DNA of 64,000 nucleotides from an uncultured Alphaproteobacteria bacterium (GTDB lineage Bacteria; Pseudomonadota; Alphaproteobacteria; HIMB59; GCA-002718135): NCBI GenBank assembly GCA_902539825.1, contig CACBMH010000001.1, positions 930 to 64,929 of the forward strand, read 5' to 3'. Shown piece by piece: positions 57,138 to 64,000 of this stretch (position 1 is its first letter; each line of letters starts with the position of its first letter). The notes under the pieces were generated by a model. It saw only the letters and a program-made list of their open reading frames with translations, ran no database searches and was not told where the DNA came from. The position numbers and the translations under genes were made by a program.

Positions 57138-58742
57138 TTATTTCTGATCGTTAATAATTAAGTCTGATGCTTTTTCAGCAATCATCATAGTAGGGGCATT
57201 CGTATTACCTGAAGTTATAGTTGGCATCACAGATGCATCAACAACTCTTAAGTTGTTTATTCCTTTTACTTTAAGTTTATCACTTACAACTGAGTTTTCA
57301 TCATTACCCATTTTACAGGTACTTACTGGATGAAAAATAGTATTTGCAAATTTACCCACTTCTTTTGCTAGAGATTGATTATCTTTAAATTGTATTCCCG
57401 GTCTATATTCTTCTGGTTCATAATTTTTATATGCTTTTGATTCTAAAACTATTTTTCTGACAATTTTAATTGATTTTCCTGCAATTTCCCTATCTTCATC
57501 AGTAGATAAATAGTTCATTTTTATTTGAGGATAAATTCTTGTATCTGAAGATTTAATTTCTACAGAGCCTCTACTTGTAGGTTGTATATTTGTTATTGTA
57601 GGAGTGAATGCTGGAAATTTATGTAGGTCTGCTTTTCCTAATAAATCAGTGCTAGCTGGCGAGATATGAAATTGTAGATTAGGGTTTTCTAAATACGAAT
57701 CACTTTTAATAAAACCACACAAGTAACTTGCTCCAACTGTTAAAGGTCCTTTTTTATAAATTAAATAATTAAATCCTGTTAAAAATTTTTTAGTAAAACT
57801 GTGATATATATCGTTTAATGTTTCTAAGTTTTTAATTTTGTAAACTGGTCTTAACATTAAATGATCGGTTAAATTTTTTCCAACACCTTTAATTTCTTTT
57901 ACAATATTAATATTATTTTCATTTAATAATTTACCTGGACCAATACCTGAAGCTTGTAATATGTGAGGAGATCCAATTGTTCCTGCAGACAATAAAACTT
58001 CTTTATTTACAGAATATGAAAATTCTTCATTGTTTATCCATAAATTTACAGTTTTTACTTTTAAATTTTCAATTGTTAATTTTTTAACATGTGCCTTGGT
58101 TATAATTTTTAAATTTTTTCTATTTTTTATAGGATTTAAGAAAGCAACTGCAGCACTACATCTATACCCTTTATCAATTGTCATTGGAAAATAACCCATT
58201 CCTTCATTGTCACCATCGTTAAAGTCTTCATTTTTTTTGTATCCAAATTCTTGAGAGGCCTCTAAAAATAAATCCAATAATTTAAAATTTGATCTAATTT
58301 TCTCTACTTTGATGGGTCCATTGGTACCATGAAATTCACTTTTAGAAATTCTGTAATCTTCAGATTTTTTAAAGTACGGTAATACGTCTTCCCAAGACCA
58401 TCCAATATTACCTAATTGTCTCCAGTAATTGTAGTCATTTGCATGACCTCTTATATATAACATCCCATTAATTGATGAACTTCCACCCAATGTTTTTCCT
58501 CTTGGAATAAGCATTTTTCTATTATTACAAAATTTTTCCTCTTCAGTTGTGAAGCACCAATCAGTTTTAGGATTATGCATTGTTTTAAAATAACCACCTG
58601 GAATATGTATCCAAGGATTAGTGTCTTTTCCTCCAGCCTCAATCAAAAGTACTTTAATGTTTTCATTCTCTGAAAGTCTATTTGCTAATATGCAACCAGC
58701 TGTACCTGCACCAATAATAATATAGTCAAAACTTTGGTTCAT
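57138..58742 (-). CDS. GMC-family FAD-dependent oxidoreductase (choline/alcohol dehydrogenase-like)
   Basis: 534 aa with FDYIIIGAGTAGCILANRLSE, GKTLGGSSSINGMLYIRG and C-terminal HPVSTCKMG. Substrate unknown. Confidence 0.85.
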   Translation of the reverse strand: MNQSFDYIIIGAGTAGCILANRLSENENIKVLLIEAGGKDTNPWIHIPGGYFKTMHNPKTDWCFTTEEEKFCNNRKMLIPRGKTLGGSSSINGMLYIRGHANDYNYWRQLGNIGWSWEDVLPYFKKSEDYRISKSEFHGTNGPIKVEKIRSNFKLLDLFLEASQEFGYKKNEDFNDGDNEGMGYFPMTIDKGYRCSAAVAFLNPIKNRKNLKIITKAHVKKLTIENLKVKTVNLWINNEEFSYSVNKEVLLSAGTIGSPHILQASGIGPGKLLNENNINIVKEIKGVGKNLTDHLMLRPVYKIKNLETLNDIYHSFTKKFLTGFNYLIYKKGPLTVGASYLCGFIKSDSYLENPNLQFHISPASTDLLGKADLHKFPAFTPTITNIQPTSRGSVEIKSSDTRIYPQIKMNYLSTDEDREIAGKSIKIVRKIVLESKAYKNYEPEEYRPGIQFKDNQSLAKEVGKFANTIFHPVSTCKMGNDENSVVSDKLKVKGINNLRVVDASVMPTITSGNTNAPTMMIAEKASDLIINDQK

Positions 58743-58816
58743 AATTTAGAAAAACTTATTTATTATATACTATTTAATTTAAACATATAACTAACTTAAA
58801 TAATTAAAAATTTTCA

Positions 58817-59728
58817 ATGGATATTTTATTTTCGATAATTGGATTAGGGCTTCTAGTTTTAGGTGCTGAAATAATTATAAGAGGTTCAGTTAGTTTTGGA
58901 AGAAAGATTAATATCTCATTGTTTGCTATTGGTGTTGTAATTGTAGCTGGGGGAACATCATTACCTGAGTTGGCAAGCAGCATTAATGCAGTTCTTAATG
59001 ATTTTTCGGATCTTGCTTTAGGCGCCGTAGTTGGAAGTAATATTGCAAACTTGATACTTGTAATGGCCACTACAACATTAATTTTTCCAATTGTAAATAT
59101 AAATAAAAATCAAATTAACCAAGCTTGGATAAATATTATTTTAGGAATTGTATTAATTATTATGACTTTTTTTTATTTTAATTTTATTTTTGGATTAGTT
59201 GCAACTACATCATTGATTTATCTAATGTATGTTCAAATAAAAAAAGGAGAAATTGATAATTTAGAAATAGATAAAAACGATTATTCAATAACAATCTCAT
59301 TAATATTAATTATAATAGGTATAGCATGTTTAGTATTTGGTGCAGATTTACTTGTTGATTCAGCAATTAATATTGCAAGAACTTATAATGTTCCAGCTTC
59401 AGTAATTGGATTATCATTAGTAGCTTTTGGAACTTCTCTTCCAGAACTTGCAGTTGGTATTGTTTCTGCCTTTAGAAAAAAGATTGATTTCGCTTTAGGA
59501 AATATTCTGGGGTCTAATATTTATAATGTATTAGGCGTTCTAGGTATTAGTTCATTTTTTGGTAATTTTAAAGTTCCTGCAGTTTTAGCAAATCAAGACT
59601 TATACTTCATGTTATCAATTACAGCATTAATCTTAATGTTTATGATTTTTGCAAAAAAAATTGGACGTATTTATGGAATTATTGGATTAACTTTGTATTT
59701 TGGATATATGTATTTCATTTACATATAA
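58817..59728 (+). CDS. Ca2+/Na+ antiporter family (CaCA, YrbG-like) membrane protein
   Basis: 303 aa with two alpha-repeats, GTSLPELASS ... GSNIANL and GTSLPELAVG ... GSNIYNV. Confidence 0.85.
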   Translation: MDILFSIIGLGLLVLGAEIIIRGSVSFGRKINISLFAIGVVIVAGGTSLPELASSINAVLNDFSDLALGAVVGSNIANLILVMATTTLIFPIVNINKNQINQAWINIILGIVLIIMTFFYFNFIFGLVATTSLIYLMYVQIKKGEIDNLEIDKNDYSITISLILIIIGIACLVFGADLLVDSAINIARTYNVPASVIGLSLVAFGTSLPELAVGIVSAFRKKIDFALGNILGSNIYNVLGVLGISSFFGNFKVPAVLANQDLYFMLSITALILMFMIFAKKIGRIYGIIGLTLYFGYMYFIYI

Positions 59729-59762
59729 TTTTAATTAATAAAAAAATTCTGTTAAAAGAATC

Positions 59763-60554
59763 ATGAACTTAGAATTACATAAATCAAAAAATTTATTAAA
59801 AATATTAAATACTGCTATAGATGCAGGTAAGGAAATTCAAAAAGTATATAAAAAATCTTTTAATGTAGAAATAAAAGATGATAATTCACCTATTACCGAA
59901 GCTGATATAAAATCAAATAATTTAATTTTAAATAGATTAAAATCTTTTAGCCCGAATGTTCCTATATTAAGCGAAGAAAGTCTAATAGAATGGAAAGAAA
60001 GAAAAACTTGGAATTCATATTGGTTAATAGATCCATTAGATGGAACTAAAGAATTTATAAAAAAAAATGGAGAATTTACAGTTAACATTGCATTAATAAA
60101 AAATAATTCACCAATATTTGGTATTATATATGCGCCTGCTAAGTCTTTGCTTTATTATGCTTTAAAAAACAATGGCGCATATAAATTAATTACAGAGTCA
60201 AATATTGCAACAACTAAAGATTTTATAAAAATAAATTCAGTAAAAGACAAAAGTGATTTAACAAAGGTTATTGGTAGTCGATCACATTCTAATAAAGATT
60301 TTGATAATTGGATAAATGATAATTGTAATAATTTTGAGTTAATCCAAATTGGTAGTTCTCTTAAATTTTGTTACCTAGCTGAAAGTAAGGCAAATATCTA
60401 TCCAAGACTAGGCCCAACCTCAGAATGGGATATTGCTGCGGGACATATTATTCTTGAAGAGGCAGGAGGTTCAGTTAAAGATTTTAATAAAAATATATTA
60501 CTATACAACACGAAAGAAAGTGTTATTAACCCTAATTTTATCGCTAAAATATAA
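59763..60554 (+). CDS. cysQ: 3'(2'),5'-bisphosphate nucleotidase
   Basis: 263 aa with IMPase-superfamily motifs DNSPITEADIKSN, WLIDPLDGTKEF and EWDIAAG. Confidence 0.8.
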   Translation: MNLELHKSKNLLKILNTAIDAGKEIQKVYKKSFNVEIKDDNSPITEADIKSNNLILNRLKSFSPNVPILSEESLIEWKERKTWNSYWLIDPLDGTKEFIKKNGEFTVNIALIKNNSPIFGIIYAPAKSLLYYALKNNGAYKLITESNIATTKDFIKINSVKDKSDLTKVIGSRSHSNKDFDNWINDNCNNFELIQIGSSLKFCYLAESKANIYPRLGPTSEWDIAAGHIILEEAGGSVKDFNKNILLYNTKESVINPNFIAKI

Positions 60555-60565
60555 ATTATAATCAT

Positions 60566-60979
60566 ATGAAAATACTTATTTGTGGTCTTCCTGGTGCTGG
60601 CAAAACTTGGTTAGCTGAAAGGCTTATTAAAGTAATTGATAATTGTGCTTGGTATAACGCAGATGTAGTCAGGAAGTCAGCAAACGATTGGGATTTTACG
60701 ATGGAAGGTAGAATACGACAAGCCAATAGAATGAAAACATTTGCCGATTTCGAAAAACAAAATGGAAGATGGGTAATTTGTGACTTCGTAGCACCAACTG
60801 AAAAAGCAAGAGAAGCTTTTGAGCCTGATTTTGTTATCTGGCTGGATACTATTAAAGAAGGTAGGTTTGAAGATACAAATAAAATGTTTGAACAACCAAA
60901 TAAAACTGACATTAAAATAACTAAATTTTTATCAGATGAAGAAATAGAAAATCTAGCAAAGGAGATTAAAAATGTTTGA
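60566..60979 (+). CDS. Short P-loop kinase related to adenylyl-sulfate (APS) kinase
   Basis: 137 aa. P-loop CGLPGAGKT; YNADVVRK and EGRIRQANRM parallel the APS kinase LDGDxxR and dRxENIRR; DFVAPTEKAR parallels FISPyrxdR. The region corresponding to the KGLYKKAR lid appears shortened. Confidence 0.6.
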   Translation: MKILICGLPGAGKTWLAERLIKVIDNCAWYNADVVRKSANDWDFTMEGRIRQANRMKTFADFEKQNGRWVICDFVAPTEKAREAFEPDFVIWLDTIKEGRFEDTNKMFEQPNKTDIKITKFLSDEEIENLAKEIKNV

Positions 60980-61367
60980 TTGGAAAAAACCAACAGTACA
61001 AATGTTAGGTAGATGGCAACCATGGCATGACGGACATACAGAATTATTTAAAAGGGCACTTCAGAAAACAGGTCAGGTATGTATTATGTATCGTGACGTC
61101 GGAGGTGTAGATGCAGGTGTAGCAGGTCAAGCTGACAATCCATTTCAATTTGAAGAAGTTAAAGCAAAAATTAATGAGGGTTTAGCTCAACATGGTTTTA
61201 CTGATGGAAAAGAATATGTAGTTGTTAAGGTTCCAAACATTATTGATATTTCTTATGGAAGAGGAGTTGGTTATTCATTTACAGAACATGATTTAGGAAA
61301 AGAGATACATGATATCTCGGCAACAAAAATTAGAAATGAAATGAGAGTTAAAGGGGAATTAAAATAA
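60972..61367 (+). CDS. Small cytidylyltransferase-superfamily nucleotidyltransferase (HxGH / ISxTxxR motifs, NMNAT-like)
   Basis: 131 aa with GRWQPWHDGH (compare archaeal/NadR GRFQPFHxGH) and C-terminal ISATKIRNEM. It overlaps the kinase gene by 8 nt (ATGTTTGA). Its G+C is visibly higher than in flanking genes. Confidence 0.65.
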   Translation: MFDWKKPTVQMLGRWQPWHDGHTELFKRALQKTGQVCIMYRDVGGVDAGVAGQADNPFQFEEVKAKINEGLAQHGFTDGKEYVVVKVPNIIDISYGRGVGYSFTEHDLGKEIHDISATKIRNEMRVKGELK

Positions 61368-61368
61368 G

Positions 61369-62688
61369 CTAAATTTTTTCTCCTGCTGGTTTTCCATATT
61401 CAACATTTTTTTTCCCATATCGTCTTACTCTCACATTACATTGTTCTGCATGACCTATAAAACCTTCTAAATGTGAAAGTCTAGACCCATATTCTCCGAT
61501 GAGAGTTGCAGCTTCATCTGATATAATCTTTTGATAAGTATGGGTTTTAATGAATTTACCAACCCACAAACCACCAGTATATCTTCCAGCTTTTTTAGTA
61601 GGAAGAGTATGGTTAGTGCCTATGACTTTATCACCATTAGCAACATTAGTTCTAGCGCCCAAAAATAGAGCTCCATAAGATGTCATATTTTCTAAAAACC
61701 AATCATCTTTTTTTGTCATAACTTGAACGTGCTCTGAAGCTATTTCATTTGCTTTAGATAACATCTCCTCATAAGTATCACATAAAATTATTTCTCCATA
61801 ATCTCTCCAGCTTGTACTTGCTGTTTCTTTAGTAGGTAAAATTTCTAAAATTCTATCAATTTCTTTAAATGTTTCTTCTGCAAGTTTTCTTGAGTTTGTT
61901 ATCATCACAGCAGGAGAATTATATCCATGTTCAGCTTGTCCTAATAAGTCTGTTGCACATATTTCACCATCAACAGTTTCATCTGCAATTACCATTGTTT
62001 CAGTTGGACCAGCAAATAAATCGATACCAACTTTGCCATACAATTGTCTTTTCGCTTCAGCAACAAATGCATTGCCAGGTCCAACAAGCATATCTACAGG
62101 TCTAATAGTTTCTGTACCAATTGCCATAGCACCAACTCCTTGCATTCCTCCCAAAACATAAATTTCGTGAGCACCACCCATTTTCATTGCTGTAACGACA
62201 GCTGGATTTGGCTTACCTTTAAAAGGTGGGGTAGTAGCAACAATTCTTGGAACCCCAGCAACAGAGGCAGTAACAACTGACATATGAGCAGAAGCTACCA
62301 TTGGGAATTTTCCGGCAGGTACATAACATCCTACTGCTTGTACTGGTATATTTTTATGACCAAGAATCACACCTGGATGCGTTTCTACCTCTAATTCACT
62401 TAAAGTTTTAAGTTGTGCTTCTGCAAATGATCGCACTTGTTTTTGAGCAAATTTAATATCTTCTTTGTCATCATCAGAGACTTCACTCATTAATTGATTA
62501 ATTTGATCTTCACTTAATCTAAAACTATCTGGAGAATAGTTATCAAATTTTTGAGATAACTCTCTAATATGTTTATCGCCTTCTGATTCAATTTTACTTA
62601 ACGTTTCCTCAACAATTTGTTTTACTTTATCATTATCTTCAATTCTTTGTTTTTCGTCTAAACCTTTTTTTAAATATTCTATTGCCAT
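61369..62688 (-). CDS. Histidinol-dehydrogenase-family NAD-dependent dehydrogenase (paralog of uncertain substrate; HpsN-like possible)
   Basis: 439 aa with family motifs GQAEHGYNSPA, SEHVQV, GTNHTLPT and EGFIGHAE. It is not embedded in his genes and is paired with an NTF2-like gene. Confidence 0.7.
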   Translation of the reverse strand: MAIEYLKKGLDEKQRIEDNDKVKQIVEETLSKIESEGDKHIRELSQKFDNYSPDSFRLSEDQINQLMSEVSDDDKEDIKFAQKQVRSFAEAQLKTLSELEVETHPGVILGHKNIPVQAVGCYVPAGKFPMVASAHMSVVTASVAGVPRIVATTPPFKGKPNPAVVTAMKMGGAHEIYVLGGMQGVGAMAIGTETIRPVDMLVGPGNAFVAEAKRQLYGKVGIDLFAGPTETMVIADETVDGEICATDLLGQAEHGYNSPAVMITNSRKLAEETFKEIDRILEILPTKETASTSWRDYGEIILCDTYEEMLSKANEIASEHVQVMTKKDDWFLENMTSYGALFLGARTNVANGDKVIGTNHTLPTKKAGRYTGGLWVGKFIKTHTYQKIISDEAATLIGEYGSRLSHLEGFIGHAEQCNVRVRRYGKKNVEYGKPAGEKI

Positions 62689-62690
62689 AA

Positions 62691-63788
62691 TTATTTTTTA
62701 TGAATTAATTTAAAGATATCAATGCCTATTTGATCTAATATGTGTGTTATATCGATTGGTACCCAATTTTCTCTAATTAACCCTTCATGATGTAAATAAA
62801 AATCCATGACTCTCATTGTTATTTTTTTTTGAGTAGGTTCATATCCTAGCCAATCACTTGATCCATGAACACACTGAATACTATGCCAACCACCAGTCAT
62901 AGAATAATTTCCATCTCCAATTTCAATATAATGACCGATTTTCCAATAATCTCTTTCCTTGAATGTAAGTCTAAATGGGAGCTGATGATGATCAACAAAA
63001 CCATCTAAACCTCTAGCTGTACCTATACCACTTGGCCCATACCACATCATTTTTGGGTGCCAATAATCTTGTTGAGGATGATTAATTAATTTCTCCCTTA
63101 TTTGATCTTTTGATAGACCTGGCTCAGTCTCAGGTTTAATATTTAAACTTCTTTGCATGGTTAAATCTTGATTCAAAGATCGCAGAGACAGTTCCTTATC
63201 TAAATTTTGATTATTTTCTCCATCACCTGTGATTGGACTAGGCCACATCCCTTCTACCCCAAGAGATTTATTTATAGGCCAATATCCAGCCTGACGGATA
63301 AAATCTACAGTATCAATTAATGTATAGGATTTTATTATTTTATTATTTGTAATCTGATGTGCTTCACATGTTCTAAGATAAATTGTTTTGTTATTCGGCT
63401 TTACACCCAACCACTCATTTTTAAAAGTTCCAGTTAAATGACTAATAAATGAAACAAAAACTTTATCTCTAAATGCTCCGCCAATAACTAGATTATTTCT
63501 TCTTTCGAGATCTGGGAATGACTTCTTTAGAGGTATTAAATATTTATTTTTTATTTCTTCAATTCCTTTAATTTCATTAATTGGATGAAAACCATTAAAT
63601 TCAGCATCTACGTGATATAAATTTTCAAGATTTTCTTCTAAATTATCTAAAGAGCACTCGGCAATTTTTTTTAATAAATTTTTAAAATATATTTTGTTTT
63701 CAATATTTATCTTTGGATCAAGATCTAAATGAATTATGTTTGAGTTATCTTTCTCACCTGTATCAAAGTTTTGTATTTTATTTGCCAT
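62691..63788 (-). CDS. Hypothetical protein with two SnoaL/NTF2-like (ester-cyclase-like) domains
   Basis: 365 aa. First half ...LKKSFPDLERRNNLVIGG...HLTGTFKNEWLGVKPNNKTIYLRTCEAHQITNNKIIKSYTLIDTVDFIRQAG. Second half ...GGWHSIQCVHGSSDWLGYEPTQKKITMRVMDFYLHHEGLIRENWVPIDITHILDQIG. Both resemble SnoaL-like cyclase domains. Confidence 0.5.
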   Translation of the reverse strand: MANKIQNFDTGEKDNSNIIHLDLDPKINIENKIYFKNLLKKIAECSLDNLEENLENLYHVDAEFNGFHPINEIKGIEEIKNKYLIPLKKSFPDLERRNNLVIGGAFRDKVFVSFISHLTGTFKNEWLGVKPNNKTIYLRTCEAHQITNNKIIKSYTLIDTVDFIRQAGYWPINKSLGVEGMWPSPITGDGENNQNLDKELSLRSLNQDLTMQRSLNIKPETEPGLSKDQIREKLINHPQQDYWHPKMMWYGPSGIGTARGLDGFVDHHQLPFRLTFKERDYWKIGHYIEIGDGNYSMTGGWHSIQCVHGSSDWLGYEPTQKKITMRVMDFYLHHEGLIRENWVPIDITHILDQIGIDIFKLIHKK

Positions 63789-63879
63789 AATAATTTAATA
63801 ACACTATTGTTAAATAATAATTGATTTATTCATTATTTTGAATAATATTCAAAAAAAATGAATAAAAGATCATTACAAT

Positions 63880-64000
63880 ATGTCAATTAATATTACATCT
63901 AGATTAGCCAAATTCGACGAACTTATTCCAAGTAATATACCATTTGTTGAGGGAAAACTAAAAGGTCATCAAGATAGGAAAAATTATTCAGTTATAGGAC
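63880..64000 (+). CDS. Hypothetical protein, N-terminal 40 codons only (runs off the window)
   Basis: Manual translation MSINITSRLAKFDELIPSNIPFVEGKLKGHQDRKNYSVIG, open to the window end. Divergent from the NTF2-like/HisD-like operon. Confidence 0.4.
   Translation, partial: MSINITSRLAKFDELIPSNIPFVEGKLKGHQDRKNYSVIG

Noticed and set aside
60562-61023. 153-aa minus-strand ORF antisense to the kinase gene. The same applies to other antisense or nested track ORFs: 1509..1694, 4200..4499, 4661..4876, 7322..7534, 8814..9107, 10125..10328, 13709..13939, 14298..14495, 16412..16642, 18003..18248, 19639..19869, 23891..24178, 25082..25342, 28990..29196, 29958..30167, 31791..32006, 32554..32781, 33353..33550, 34966..35340, 36242..36735, 37248..37478, 37873..38094, 40608..40811, 42830..43111, 43732..43941, 44289..44546, 46684..46905, 47619..47916, 48314..48583, 49052..49240, 53505..53858, 54072..54314, 55862..56125, 56543..56785, 58451..58642, 58804..59070, 59837..60088, 60677..60895, 61869..62280
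   Set aside because: Each lies inside or antisense to a longer ORF with clear family motifs. They have skewed, low-complexity compositions and no independent start context.
1-64000. Search for CRISPR arrays, transposases, integrases, tRNA-flanked islands, toxin-antitoxin pairs or defence-system hallmarks
   Set aside because: None was seen. There are no spaced direct repeats and no recombinase, nuclease or helicase clusters beyond housekeeping uvrC, recR and dnaX. There are no tRNA genes. The only tandem repeat is the coding DHD tract in znuA.

Overview
Strongly AT-rich, very gene-dense bacterial chromosome segment. Spacers are mostly under 50 nt and many genes overlap by 1-14 nt. Gene content and synteny are alphaproteobacterial: petABC, ffs-dnaX-ybaB-recR, rpmH-rnpA-yidD-yidC-engB, and zur-znuCB divergent from znuA. 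Together with the compaction, this points to a streamlined marine Pelagibacterales (SAR11)-type genome; this is inference from sequence style, not a database hit. I support about 75 protein genes, one SRP RNA, one Zur-type operator, two clear hairpin terminators and one in-frame coding tandem repeat. I saw no rRNA, tRNA, CRISPR array, transposase, integrase or prophage signature. Most of the window is housekeeping. The region most worth follow-up is a metal-homeostasis neighbourhood at about 29.8-37.1 kb. It contains zur-znuB-znuC, a Zur box, and a znuA carrying a roughly 180-residue insertion bracketed by His-rich tracts. A translationally coupled operon follows: COG0523 GTPase, a cytoplasmic WD40 beta-propeller, an 84-aa CxxxxC protein and a DUF1636 protein. 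Next comes an unannotated 27-codon ORF encoding a 9-cysteine, metallothionein-like peptide in a local G+C island. Secondary items: a lid-less APS-kinase-like gene coupled to a small HxGH nucleotidyltransferase next to cysQ; a HisD-family paralog paired with a tandem SnoaL/NTF2 protein near xsc; a 58-codon ORF in the longest spacer; and a possible dnaX slippery site. All functional calls come from motif recognition by eye, and no searches were run.
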